DNA of 64,000 bases, taken from NCBI GenBank assembly GCA_965200875.1, contig OZ241456.1, positions 1,280,001 through 1,344,000 of the forward strand. Direction: 5' to 3'. Below are positions 32,071 through 42,754 of the stretch, in pieces. The notes under the pieces are model-generated. The model made no database searches and was not told the DNA's origin. It worked only from the letters and a program-made list of their open reading frames with translations. A program made the translations under genes and the position numbers. Positions within the stretch are counted from its first letter, which is position 1; each line of letters begins with the position of its first letter. The DNA comes from Bdellovibrionales bacterium (lineage in GTDB: Bacteria > Bdellovibrionota > Bdellovibrionia > Bdellovibrionales > UBA1609).

Positions 32071-32233
32071 GCAATAGCTTATATTTTTTTAAATCTGGAA
32101 TTTTCATACTAATATGATATGAGAAAAATTTAAAATGATCTCTGTTACTTATAACTTTCAGAAATTATTGCTGTGTAAAAAATTCAAAAATGTTTGTTCT
32201 TGAAAGCTTTAAAATTATGATAGGGTATTTTCT

Positions 32234-33217
32234 TTAAGGAAAAAATTTTACACTCGCAGGCAGGGAGTGGTTGAGTTTTTTTTCCAGCCAGCGGGTGGTT
32301 TTTATCAGCTCCTGTATTTTTATCCCTTTTTGTAACTGTATCGGTTTGAACTTAAAAGGAGAGATTTTGGCCGAAGAAAAACAACTGCCATTTTGTTTTG
32401 TTATACTTTGTGTGATTTTCATTTTCTCCAACACATAAGCTAGATCTTCCGTTGCAACATTACCACTTGCCCCCGGAGCATAAGGACATCCGCCCAACCC
32501 TCCAATACTGGAGTCGAATATTCTCACTCCACTTTGCAGACCCGCTTTTACATTGGCCAAGGCCATCCCGTGGGTATTGTGAAAATGCAGAGCCACTTTG
32601 TTAACCGGCACTTTATTTTGAAGCAGGTTCATTAAATTCAACACATCCACAGGGGTCGCTATTCCAATAGTGTCGCTTATGGATAGTTCAAATACTTCTT
32701 CCTGCATAATGCAATCTGCCAGTGTAACAGCTTTGGATGGGCGAACTTTCCCCTCATAAGGACAAGCAAAAGCAACACTAAGGTATACTCTGACTTTTAT
32801 TTTAAGTCGCCTAGCTCTTAGGCATATAATATTTAAGATTTTTAAACTTTCCTGAATATTCATATTAATATTTTTTTTAGAAAAGGATTCCGTGCAGGAA
32901 ACAAAAAAAGAAATCTCTTTCAGATCACATTCCACGGCCTTTTCAAAACCTTTTAAATTAGGGACAAAGACAGAATACTGAACTGACCTTGGAAGTGCTT
33001 TCATGTTCTGAGCTTTTAGAACTTTTTTTGTCAGTTCCGGCACACATCGCATTTGCGGAACAGCTTTAGGAGAAACAAAAGAACCTAGCTCAATTCTTTT
33101 CAAACCCGCAAGAGAAAGTTTTTTTACTATTTGATAACGATCCTTAAGAGATAGATCACTTTTTTCGTTTTGCAAACCATCTCTTAAACCCACTTCCACA
33201 ATATGCGCAACAGACAT
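32234..33217 (-). CDS. hydroxymethylglutaryl-CoA lyase
   Basis: EVGLRDGLQNE, HFHNT and GLGGCPYAPGASGNVATED motifs. Confidence 0.93.
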   Translation of the reverse strand: MSVAHIVEVGLRDGLQNEKSDLSLKDRYQIVKKLSLAGLKRIELGSFVSPKAVPQMRCVPELTKKVLKAQNMKALPRSVQYSVFVPNLKGFEKAVECDLKEISFFVSCTESFSKKNINMNIQESLKILNIICLRARRLKIKVRVYLSVAFACPYEGKVRPSKAVTLADCIMQEEVFELSISDTIGIATPVDVLNLMNLLQNKVPVNKVALHFHNTHGMALANVKAGLQSGVRIFDSSIGGLGGCPYAPGASGNVATEDLAYVLEKMKITQSITKQNGSCFSSAKISPFKFKPIQLQKGIKIQELIKTTRWLEKKLNHSLPASVKFFP

Positions 33218-33255
33218 GCAATCCTCTTTATATGTAAGATGTAAGTGTTTGTTGA

Positions 33256-33642
33256 TTAGTTTATTTCCACTAATGTTTGATCACTCGAAACTGTTTCTCC
33301 AGCCTTTACATGTACGGATTTTACAACACCTTTACCGGAGGATTTTAACACATATTCCATCTTCATGGAGGAAAGAATCAGCAAGGTTTGATTTTCCATT
33401 ACTTTCGTACCTGGTTCAACCAATACTTTCACAATCTGCCCTGGCATGGGAGATATGATATACTGTTTATTCGTATGTTTTTGTGTTTGACGGGCAAAAC
33501 TAGGACTACTAACTTTGTTTTGTCGGTCTATTTTATCTAAAACAAATATTCGCCCCTCAAGATGAAACCATATTTGGTTTTTCCACTCCTCTGCTTTTAC
33601 CTGAAAAACCTGGTTTTTCACTTGTATTTCCATAAATTTCAT
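33256..33642 (-). CDS. biotin carboxyl carrier domain protein
   Basis: SPMPG and SMKME biotinylation motifs. Confidence 0.88.
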   Translation of the reverse strand: MKFMEIQVKNQVFQVKAEEWKNQIWFHLEGRIFVLDKIDRQNKVSSPSFARQTQKHTNKQYIISPMPGQIVKVLVEPGTKVMENQTLLILSSMKMEYVLKSSGKGVVKSVHVKAGETVSSDQTLVEIN

Positions 33643-33733
33643 TATGACATACTATAACCCTAACTAGAGCATTACACAAGCTGACTGTTTTTTTCTCACA
33701 TATTTTTAGTGAAAGAAGAAAAAGAGTCTGAAA

Positions 33734-33769
33734 GACATAGTTGATTTACAGGAATTATAGTGTTATCTT
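33734..33769 (+). promoter_or_regulatory. sigma70-type promoter upstream of the DoxX gene (copy of the fabH promoter)
   Basis: TTGATT-17 nt-TATCTT; 30/33 identical to 9718-9750. Confidence 0.55.
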
Positions 33770-33814
33770 TACAAAAAATAAGTCTTACCATGCAGATTTC
33801 AAAGGAGTTATATC

Positions 33815-34246
33815 ATGTGCATAAAAAAAGTAAAAAAATGCCTTTTTGGCAAAGCTCCCGCTCTCTACCAAGAAATAGCAGAATTAACACTGCGACTTGT
33901 TCTAGGAGCTTTTATGCTCACACATGGTTCTAGGAAATTTTTTTCTTTTGCAGAAAAATATGAAACATTTCCTGATCCTCTCGGTATAGGGTCTTGTACA
34001 AGCTTAATTTTAGCTACCTTCGCGGAGTTTTTCTGTTCCATTCTTGTAATTTTAGGGCTATTTACTCGATTTGCCTCTTTAAGCATTCTAACAACCATGT
34101 TAACAGCCGGTTTGATTTTTCACTATGCAGACCCTTTCAGCAAAAAAGAGTTGGCACTTTTGTACGCTATCGGCTTTTTTTACTTCACAATAGCCGGAAG
34201 CAATCGCTACAGCTTGGATTATCTGTTATTCAGAAAAAATAAATAA
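33815..34246 (+). CDS. DoxX family membrane protein
   Basis: LRL..G..M..HG, FPDPLGIG, AEF, LGLFTR and KELALLY motifs. Confidence 0.9.
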   Translation: MCIKKVKKCLFGKAPALYQEIAELTLRLVLGAFMLTHGSRKFFSFAEKYETFPDPLGIGSCTSLILATFAEFFCSILVILGLFTRFASLSILTTMLTAGLIFHYADPFSKKELALLYAIGFFYFTIAGSNRYSLDYLLFRKNK

Positions 34247-34293
34247 CAAAGAGGGGGCTAAACGCATGTTTTCCCTTGACAGTATCAATTAAA

Positions 34294-35640
34294 ATGTTCG
34301 TATTTCAAAAATATTTTCCGCAAGTCCAGTATTTAAAAGAGCAAAAACAGGCTTATTTGGATAATGCCGCCACCACCTTAAAACTCCAGTGCGTAATAGA
34401 CACACTTAATGAATTTTACACACGAAAAACAGCCAATGTGCATAGAGGAGACCATTATTTAAGTGACTCTCTCACCTTAAGTTACGAAAACACAAGAACA
34501 AAAGTTCAACAATGGCTCCACGCAGAAAATCCAGAAGAAATTATTTTCACTAAAAGCACAACGGAGAGCATTAATTTTTTATCACACGCTTTGGAAAATT
34601 ATTTACAACCTGGCGATGAAATTTTACTGACGGAAATGGAACATCATTCCAATATTCTTCCTTGGAGTGCCTTATCTAAGAGACGAAATTTGAAACTAAA
34701 GTTTCTTTCTGTAAATGAAAAAGGGGAATTGGATTTAGAAGAATGGACAAAAAAAATCACTAAAAAAACAAAGCTTTTTGCTTTTACTTATTATTCCAAT
34801 GCTCTGGGAACACGAAATCCAGTGGAAAAACTATGCACCTTGGCAAGATCAACTGGCATTTTAACTGTGGTGGATTCTGCTCAAGCCATGACGGCTGAAC
34901 CAGTGAATGTGCAACAATTAGGTTGTGACTTTTTGGCTTTCTCAGGACATAAAATGTTTGCTCCAACGGGAGTTGGAGTGCTTTATGTTAAAAACGCTCA
35001 CTTTGGAAAACTAAAACCTTGGCAATTAGGAGGGGGCATGGTCAGGGATGTCAGCATATCCCACTATGAACCAGCTGATCCTCCACAATGTTTTGAAGCA
35101 GGTACTCCACCTATCGAAGGAGTACTGGCTTTAGGTTCCGTGTTGGACTTCTTAAAATCTTTTGATCCAAAAACACCAGCTACTCCCGGCACAAAAAATC
35201 AGATAGCTCCTCAAATTCCTTATGAACACAAATCCACTTCCAAAATAAACAAAGAAAAAAATGATCCAATCCAGATGAATACAAGTCAAAAAGTTGCTCA
35301 ACATTTTTTTTCAGAAGCTCAAAAAAACAAAACTTCTTTATTGGCTTATGCCGAAGAAGAGTTAAAAAAAATACCGGGGATAAAAATTATAGGCTTATCA
35401 CCCACAAAGGTTAATATAGTATCTTTTATTTTAAAGTCCACACATTGCCGGGATATGGGCCAGCTTATTTCTCAAGCGGGAGTAGCAGTTCGGACGGGCC
35501 ATCACTGTTGTCTCCCTCTAATGAAAAAACTGAATCTGCCTTCCGGCACAATCAGAGCCTCTTTTTCAATATACAACGATAACCAAGATGTGGAGTTGTT
35601 GATATCTGCCGTAAAAAAAGCCAAGGAAATTTTAAATTAA
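34294..35640 (+). CDS. sufS: SufS/CsdA-type cysteine desulfurase
   Basis: YLDNAATT, ANVHRG, MEHHSN, FSGHKM and RTGHHC motifs. Confidence 0.85.
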   Translation: MFVFQKYFPQVQYLKEQKQAYLDNAATTLKLQCVIDTLNEFYTRKTANVHRGDHYLSDSLTLSYENTRTKVQQWLHAENPEEIIFTKSTTESINFLSHALENYLQPGDEILLTEMEHHSNILPWSALSKRRNLKLKFLSVNEKGELDLEEWTKKITKKTKLFAFTYYSNALGTRNPVEKLCTLARSTGILTVVDSAQAMTAEPVNVQQLGCDFLAFSGHKMFAPTGVGVLYVKNAHFGKLKPWQLGGGMVRDVSISHYEPADPPQCFEAGTPPIEGVLALGSVLDFLKSFDPKTPATPGTKNQIAPQIPYEHKSTSKINKEKNDPIQMNTSQKVAQHFFSEAQKNKTSLLAYAEEELKKIPGIKIIGLSPTKVNIVSFILKSTHCRDMGQLISQAGVAVRTGHHCCLPLMKKLNLPSGTIRASFSIYNDNQDVELLISAVKKAKEILN

Positions 35641-35655
35641 TAAACCGGAAAAAAA

Positions 35656-36384
35656 TTACTCTCCCATTTCAGAGAAAAAACCTTCCAACACCCGCAATGA
35701 TTTAAGCACTTCTAAAACATCAATAATACTGACAAAATTTTCAAACATATTATTGACTGCTATCTCTTGGATAGTAGGATCAACAAGAGCTTCTTCAAAA
35801 AACAAATTGCAGGACTGAGCTTCTCCTATTAAATCTTCATCATCTGCGTTTACAAAGCTTAATCTGTACATCATAACCAACGGTCCTTCTTGCACACTAC
35901 TATCCAATAATACATCACCAACTTTATTGACTTTCATATCTTCAACCGATTCTAGGAAAAACGCTGACATCATAATAGCAGTAATTTCATCTTTATAAGT
36001 TTCAAATATAACTGATCTATCTTGTCCGGTTCTTATTTCATCAACTGTTATTTTACTTTGGACTGCCCGCATCTTATCTTTCAATTCCATCCGCTTTTTT
36101 ATCACTGATTCCAAACACACAAAAGACAAAAAATTGTCAAATGTTTCATAAACGGCCTTTTCTTCATCTGTAGGTTCGTATTTTTGAGGTATGAATTCTA
36201 ATTCTTCAGACATGGAACCACTTTTTTCCACTGCGGATTCTGATTCTCCCTTGGAGCTTCCCGCTTGATCTGGCTGTGATAACTCATTTACAGACTCAAC
36301 ACCTGGATTAGCATACAGGAACACTCCCGGCCAGAAAGCACATAAAACACATAAAATTTTTAAATTGGTACGGGAATTTCTCAT
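35656..36384 (-). CDS. hypothetical exported acidic protein
   Basis: Signal-like N-terminus; AGGAGG RBS. Confidence 0.6.
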   Translation of the reverse strand: MRNSRTNLKILCVLCAFWPGVFLYANPGVESVNELSQPDQAGSSKGESESAVEKSGSMSEELEFIPQKYEPTDEEKAVYETFDNFLSFVCLESVIKKRMELKDKMRAVQSKITVDEIRTGQDRSVIFETYKDEITAIMMSAFFLESVEDMKVNKVGDVLLDSSVQEGPLVMMYRLSFVNADDEDLIGEAQSCNLFFEEALVDPTIQEIAVNNMFENFVSIIDVLEVLKSLRVLEGFFSEMGE

Positions 36385-36392
36385 GATATCCT

Positions 36393-36486
36393 CCTATAAA
36401 CAGTGTTTAAAATAACTCCTCAGAAGTTCATTTTGTCCAAGAACCCGTAGAGTAAAACCCTATAAACAGTGTTTAAAATAACTCCT
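36393..36486. repeat. two identical 28-bp direct repeats with a 38-bp spacer
   Basis: CCTATAAACAGTGTTTAAAATAACTCCT at 36393-36420 and 36459-36486; internal palindrome TAAACA-G-TGTTTA. Confidence 0.8.
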
Positions 36487-36742
36487 TTAGAAACCTGAAC
36501 TTCAGAAAATTTATAGTATATAACCATCATACAAAAAACAATATTTTTCAAAAAAATCTTAAAATAAAGAAATGAATGCGTATAAAAATTACACAATATT
36601 TTTGTACGAGAAAAATCCTGTTTGACCCAACATATTTTTAAGGATTTTTCTTGAACTTCTTTTTAAGGTTTTTTATAAAAAAATCAAATGCTCACTGTGT
36701 TAACGGGTTTTTCCGAACAGCTGGCCTATTTTCAGGAAAACT

Positions 36743-37336
36743 ATGGATCTTAATAAAAAAGATGTGCTTATTCGGATGTTGGCTACGCCTAATCCATACG
36801 CTTTAAAATTTGTCTTGAATGTGCCTTTAAAAAACAAAGGCAGAGCCACTTTTCACAGTAAAAAAGATTGCCAAAATCTCCCTCTTTTTCATTCTTTGTT
36901 TGATATTCCTGAATTAAAACAAGTGTTTGTTTTTCAAAATCAAATGACTCTCACTCACGATGGCAGTCTTAACGAAGAGGAACTGGAAAAACGAGTCACC
37001 GCTATAGTAAGAACTCGAATTACAATTCATAACCCTGATTTTCTGTCTCTTGAACCACAACCTTTTACTTCTGATTCCCTGCCCTCGAAAAGCAAAAAGG
37101 AAATATCTCCTGAAATGCTAAAAGTGGAGAAAATTTTAGATCGCACGATTCGCCCGGGTTTGCAAGCTGATGGCGGAGACCTAGAAGTATTATCTGTGAA
37201 AGATAATGAAGTGAGAATCTCCTATCAGGGAGCTTGTGGCGGTTGCCCCAGTGCCATGATGGGCACACTGGAGGCTATCGAAAATATATTGAGACACGAA
37301 ACCGGGCAGGAAAACTTAACAGTTATTCCTGTGTAA
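36743..37336 (+). CDS. NifU/Nfu-type Fe-S carrier
   Basis: TPNPxALKF, IRPGLQADGGD and GACGGCPS motifs. Confidence 0.9.
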   Translation: MDLNKKDVLIRMLATPNPYALKFVLNVPLKNKGRATFHSKKDCQNLPLFHSLFDIPELKQVFVFQNQMTLTHDGSLNEEELEKRVTAIVRTRITIHNPDFLSLEPQPFTSDSLPSKSKKEISPEMLKVEKILDRTIRPGLQADGGDLEVLSVKDNEVRISYQGACGGCPSAMMGTLEAIENILRHETGQENLTVIPV

Positions 37337-37353
37337 AAACTATAGACATACCA

Positions 37354-39132
37354 TCAATAATATGTATTTTCTTTTTCAATCAGATGAATGGCATTTCGTA
37401 TAAAAGGTCTTTTTTCGTTAACAACACTAAAATCACCTTGTGAGCTGACAGATATAAGTTTTTGTTTTAAAAATTCTTTTTCACTTTCTGATCTTTTAAA
37501 AAAATATGCCAATTCCAGCAATTCCACACCGGCAAGCCAATGCTTTGAAAACCTTTTATTATATTCCTCCATAAGATCTTCAAACAAAGCTCCTGATCTT
37601 TCAATGGATTTTCTAACCTCCCTGATTTTCCTATAGAAAGCAAATACCTTTTGTTGTTCTGATGTAGCAGAATAAGAAGGAATATATGTGACTTCAAAGC
37701 TTTCCAGATCTCCATAAGCGAAACGATCTGCCGGCCCTCCGAACACTGAACGAACTTCACCTCCTAAAGCCAAATCAAACATCCCCCATTCCGGTTTATA
37801 ATAAACCTCATCCCCTCTGTAAACATGACAGTTTTTAAATCGAAGAAGAATCATTTGATTATTTTTCGATAGAGCTGAAAGCAATGTGCCTTTTACACTC
37901 CAGCCAGAGGCAAAATTTAACTCCATATCCCCGTTTTTATTTCCGTACAGGCTTTTTAATTCAGATAAAGCCATTTGATGAGGAAGTAACTCTGAATCTT
38001 TTAACACTCCAAGAGGAGAACTGTAGCCACTTGCGTGTTCTGTGATTCCATGTCCCTCCAGCTGTTGTTCTTGGTAACTCAGTTGGCAAGCTCCTTTTAA
38101 CTTAATAAATAAAGTTTTTCTCTCTTCCTGAATATAGTTTTCCAATACCCCTGAAATCTGAAGACCTGTATCCAGTTCAATCGTGCAAACAGTTTCCGCT
38201 TTTCGCGCCTGCTGTAGACCATACTCCCCTCCTCGATAGAAGGCACAGGTCTTTTTTAAATCCTCCAACACTGTATGCAAGGTTTCAAAATCTGGCGTGA
38301 CAAATAACTGTGGCTGGTAACTGGTTATATCATAGTAATATTCCACACAATCCGCAGATAATGGGAGCTTTTTCACATCTGGTCCAAGGCATTTCTTTGC
38401 CTCTCCGAGGGAAGACAATAAACCTGCTCCATAAATTTTTTGTTTTTTTAAATCTCCGATCAATCCATATTCAGAAGTCCACCAGATAAAACGGGAGAGC
38501 AAAGAAGCTTCACTGGGTGATTTTAATTCTTTGTTTATTTTATTTAAATGCGCTTGCGCTTTTTCAATATCTTCTGCGGAAGAACAAGGATCTTCTTTTA
38601 TATCGCTCAAATTTCTTATTGCTGAATACTGTTCAAAATCCTGCTTGTTGGTAATCGCTTTTCTCACCACTCTGGCATATTGCTTTAAAAAAGAGTTAAA
38701 TACAGGATGTATTAAAAAAGGGGCATGCCCGGCCGCCTCATGCAAAATATCTGGAGCTGGAGTGTAACTAATATGATCCACTGTGCGAATAGCTGAAGCA
38801 ATAGGAAGAATATTATGGAGTTGAAACTCCATGAAAGCAGCTGGAGGAATAAAGCCACTTACCGGAACTGCCCTCCACCCTAGCTTTTGCAATTTTTTGT
38901 CGATATCCGAAATACTGGGAATTTTATCAATAGTGATGCCTGTTTCTTTCAAACCCTCGAGATAAGCCGAGTGTGCGTTTTCAGACAGAAAGTCCTTTAA
39001 TTGCCTCATAACATAACGCCAGGCACTTTGGTTTTCTGCCGTATATTTTCCATAGTTCTGCTCAACAATATACCGCTTTAATGGTTCAGGTATTTGAGAC
39101 AGCTCTTGTTTTTCTATAGGCACTTTGTTCAT
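37354..39132 (-). CDS. aromatic amino acid (phenylalanine) hydroxylase, long form
   Basis: GFIPPAAFMEFQ, YTPAPDILHEAAGHAP, WWTSEYGL and IYGAGLLSS motifs. Confidence 0.9.
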   Translation of the reverse strand: MNKVPIEKQELSQIPEPLKRYIVEQNYGKYTAENQSAWRYVMRQLKDFLSENAHSAYLEGLKETGITIDKIPSISDIDKKLQKLGWRAVPVSGFIPPAAFMEFQLHNILPIASAIRTVDHISYTPAPDILHEAAGHAPFLIHPVFNSFLKQYARVVRKAITNKQDFEQYSAIRNLSDIKEDPCSSAEDIEKAQAHLNKINKELKSPSEASLLSRFIWWTSEYGLIGDLKKQKIYGAGLLSSLGEAKKCLGPDVKKLPLSADCVEYYYDITSYQPQLFVTPDFETLHTVLEDLKKTCAFYRGGEYGLQQARKAETVCTIELDTGLQISGVLENYIQEERKTLFIKLKGACQLSYQEQQLEGHGITEHASGYSSPLGVLKDSELLPHQMALSELKSLYGNKNGDMELNFASGWSVKGTLLSALSKNNQMILLRFKNCHVYRGDEVYYKPEWGMFDLALGGEVRSVFGGPADRFAYGDLESFEVTYIPSYSATSEQQKVFAFYRKIREVRKSIERSGALFEDLMEEYNKRFSKHWLAGVELLELAYFFKRSESEKEFLKQKLISVSSQGDFSVVNEKRPFIRNAIHLIEKENTYY

Positions 39133-39286
39133 AAATTGATCTCCAACAAACAATCCAATACATAAAATCCCGTTATATGGAAACACTTCCCCGGCTCTAA
39201 TCAGAGTGAGTCTCTTCAGGATTTTTAATTACCTGCTAACCTTGGTTTTACCGTAAATAACCTGAATTGGATATATAAAAAAATAC

Positions 39287-40282
39287 TTAAAGTGTAACTT
39301 TCAGGCTGGCACGATTTCCTTTTATAATCAATTCTGCCTGAGTTTTAAATGGCAGGGGCTGTTGAGAAGTTATATGTCCGCAAGGCAAGCCAAAAACCAG
39401 AGGAATATCACAAACATCAGAAAAACTTTTTAAAACCTTGTTGAAAGCTGGCAGGGTTAAATGGGAAAAACAGCCAAAGAGAATGGCCTTTACAGCTTTT
39501 AAAGCACCAGAATAAAACAAATGGTGCAAAAGCCTATCCACTCTGTAATCCGCTTCGTTTATGTCTTCCACAAATAAAAAATGGCCAGTAAAATCAGAAA
39601 ACCAAGGAGCACCCACACTGGTGGATAAAAGACTCAAATTACCTCCTATAATCGAAGATTTTACATTTTTTTGAATGGAAGTTTTCAACTTGGAAGATTG
39701 AAAAACACGGAGCTTATCAAAAACAATTTCTTTTTTGACCCCAAATAGAATATTTTTTAAGTGCGCCAGATCTTTTTGAGAGAGAGCAGGCAATTCAGAA
39801 ATCAAAGGAGCATGAAGAGTGGATTGATTTTTCCGGTTTAAGTATAAATGTAAAGCTGTTCCGTCACTGTAGCCAATAAAAAGTTTTTTTTTCGCGCTTT
39901 CGTAATTTTGGGAATAACCTTTAATAAAAGCAGGCATAATTTTTTGAAGCCCATAACCTCCTCTCATCATCCACACCACTGAAGAATTTTTATTGCCAAA
40001 AGCCTTGTTTAAAAAGCCAGCACGATTTTTGTTGTTATTGGCGTGAAAAAGCCAAGGGGAAAAAGCTCTTTCCATTAATCGTGGTTTAAGTCCCCAGTTT
40101 TTTAAAATAGTGACACCTTTTTTCCATTGATTGTTTCTTAGAGGAGAAGAAGAAGGGGCTATAATATCAACAATAGCTCCTGCTTTTACAGATGGAAAAT
40201 TTGAACATGTAAGAGATGGCTTGCCTCTTTTGGAAGGCAAATGCTTTCCTGATTGAGCTAGTGTGCGTTTAAATTTCATCAA
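39287..40282 (-). CDS. LD-carboxypeptidase (peptidase S66)
   Basis: IIAPSS, RGGYG, GYSD, GGNLS, EDINE and CGH motifs. Confidence 0.9.
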   Translation of the reverse strand: MMKFKRTLAQSGKHLPSKRGKPSLTCSNFPSVKAGAIVDIIAPSSSPLRNNQWKKGVTILKNWGLKPRLMERAFSPWLFHANNNKNRAGFLNKAFGNKNSSVVWMMRGGYGLQKIMPAFIKGYSQNYESAKKKLFIGYSDGTALHLYLNRKNQSTLHAPLISELPALSQKDLAHLKNILFGVKKEIVFDKLRVFQSSKLKTSIQKNVKSSIIGGNLSLLSTSVGAPWFSDFTGHFLFVEDINEADYRVDRLLHHLFYSGALKAVKAILFGCFSHLTLPAFNKVLKSFSDVCDIPLVFGLPCGHITSQQPLPFKTQAELIIKGNRASLKVTL

Positions 40283-41144
40283 TAAACTTTAGCTTTTTCA
40301 AAAAAGTAAATCAACAGATTTCCCATATGGATACGGAGTAGTGGTCTCGGGACGATGATCAATATTCCATCCGTCTATACGCATGTTCAGTCGCAAATCC
40401 ATACTCTCCAATATTCTCTGAATTTTTCGCATGGATTCATCCTCTACCCTTTGAATGGATTTATGCCACAAACTAGGATGCTTAAGGAACCTTGGATCGG
40501 TAAAATCTATATCATTAGCTTGCCACCCATCTAAACGCGGATCCAAACGCAAACCCATGCTCTCCAATGCTTGCTTAATTCTCCGTCTAGACTCCTGATC
40601 AATAATCAAACTTTCTTGCAGGGTTTTATAATTAAAAATTCGCCAGAATGTCGGTTTAAAAGACACTCTCTGTTTTTGAACTAAGTCTCCAACAAAAACA
40701 ATATTGTTGGCAGAAAATTGATTTTGGATATAAATAGGAAAATCAACATCCTTCACACGCTTAAAGAGCCTTGGATCGGTAGGCTTTATATCATTAGCCT
40801 GCCACTCGAACGGATCCAAACGCATATCCAACCTCAGGCCAATGCTCTCCAATTTTTCCTTAATTTCCTGAACAGATTTCTCTCCTATATGAGGTATGCG
40901 CAAAAGCGTTGCAACAGGTTTTTCCGAACGCATTGACACCTTATCTATCTGGGCCAACAAGTCTCCTAAAACCACATTATCACGATTAAAGAAGGAAATT
41001 GGTAGAAATAGACCAGCAAGTATTCCATTTATGGTACGAGTGGAAAAATTCATATCTTTCATACGCTTTAAAAGCCTCGGGTCAGTAGGCTTTACTATAT
41101 CATTATCACGAGCATGATTTTCCTCCAAGAAAGCATCTTCACAG

Positions 41145-42400
41145 TGTTCTTGACCCCCAAAATTTGGCTACCTTCTAAAAGGAGGTAAAATGGATAGATT
41201 TTCCAAAAAGATTTCAAAAAATCAAAGATTTTTGATACTTTCAGAGCATTTTCAAGGTGGTCTCAGTATTTCCGAATTATCACGGAAGTATCAGATTCAA
41301 GCCGCAACTATTTATCAATGGAGGAGAGAGAAAATGCGCAGAGAAAAGAAAGCAACAGGATTAGACCAAGAGGAATTGCTTTTAGAGATAAATCGTTTAA
41401 AGGTGGAGAACTCTCGTTTAAAGCATACTGTAGCTGATCAAGCATTGGATATCACCACTCTTAAGCAATGGAATGAGTTTATGAAAAAAAAGTGGAGGGA
41501 AGAAAAACTGAATTTGCAAAAGAGTTTATCATCCACTGCTCAGCGATCTGCTGTAAAAAAAGATTTTGTGAGTTAATAGGGATTCATCCAAAGTCTCTTT
41601 ACAAAGTGAGTGAGAGGAGAAGTGTTAAGATGAAGATAAAGGATAAAGATAAGCAAATTTTATCAGGGATAAGAGCTGTGATAAAGGATCGTCCCACTTA
41701 TGGTTACAAGCGTGTAACGGCTCTTTACAACAAGGAGAGGGTTTTAAAGGGTTTAAGCAAGTATAATAAGAAGCGTATTTATCGTGTAATGAAAGAAAAT
41801 GGCCTTTTGTTACCCAAAGCTGTCAGCAGAAGGGAAGGGCATAAGAGTACAGGAAAAGTGATGACATTGTATTCCAATACGAGGTGGTGTTCTGATTGTT
41901 TTGAAATTCATTGTTTTAATGGAGAGAAGGTGTATGTTTCTTTTGTGTTAGACACATGTGACAGGGAGATTTTAAGCTTTACGGCGTCGTTAAAGCCTCT
42001 TTTATCAGAAGAAGACATACAGGGTTTGATGATTAGTGCTGTAGAAGGGCGATTTGATGCTTGTCGAACAAATAGAGAGATTGAATTTTTATCGGATCGA
42101 GGGAGTATTTACAGAGCGTATAATGTGCAGGTATTGGCCCGCCAGCTGGGTTTAAAGCCTTGTTTTACGAGGGCTTACAGTCCAGAGAGTAATGGTATGG
42201 CAGAGGCTTTTGTAAAGACAATAAAACGAGATTATGTGTATGTGAATGACTGCTCCTGTGCTGAAGACACTATGAAATTATTAAAAGAATGGATATATGA
42301 TTATAACCATAAAGCTCCCCATTCAGCACTTGGCATGAAGTCACCTGTGGAGTATATTAAATCAACACAAATGAGGTAGCCAAAAATAGGGGCCACTCCA
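41145..42400 (+). mobile_element. IS3-family (IS2 group) insertion sequence, copy 1, 1256 bp
   Basis: TG...CA ends with imperfect IRs (TGTTCTTGACCCCCAAAATTTGGCTACC / GGTAGCCAAAAATAGGGGCCACTCCA); 4-bp TSD ACAG. Confidence 0.95.
41190..42379 (+). CDS. IS3 transposase OrfA/OrfB, fused by -1 frameshift
   Basis: HTH OrfA; A8G slippery run near 41484-41492; DDE OrfB with SNTRWCSD, LSDRGS and SNGMAEAFVKTIKRDY. Confidence 0.93.
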
Positions 42401-42754
42401 ACAGGCATAGCCTGAACTTATACTTATAATGAAAGTAGATAAAGAGTAAAAAATCAATCTCAATAAAAAATTGTTCATCATTCATTTTCCTTTTTTTAAA
42501 CTGAACCAGATACAATTACATTACAGACTTTTCAGGTCCCACTATTCTAACAAAAGGGTTCAAAAACAGTCAATCTTTTTGAATGAATTATTTATTTTCT
42601 TGATTTATTAAATGAAAATATTACACAACATTGATAATTGTTTGTGAAAACAATTCCTCTAATGCTTAGTCACTATTCTAAAGTTTATTGATACTTCTGA
42701 ACCAGATTTTAGTAAAGGCGGGAGAAAATACTGTATTAATAATCAAAGTAAAGC

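Larger units (their letters stand above)
40298..42481 (-). pseudogene. IS-interrupted exported protein with tandem RNA polymerase alpha-CTD-like repeats (307 aa restored)
   Basis: Removing the IS and one ACAG joins MMNNFLLRLIFYSLSTFIISISSGYAC to EDAFLEENH... in frame; repeats contain STRTING, GDL, IGEKSVQEIKEKLESIGLRLDM. Confidence 0.8.

Noticed and set aside
36393..36486. CRISPR array
   Set aside because: Only two repeats, overlap with an RBS, and no cas genes in the window
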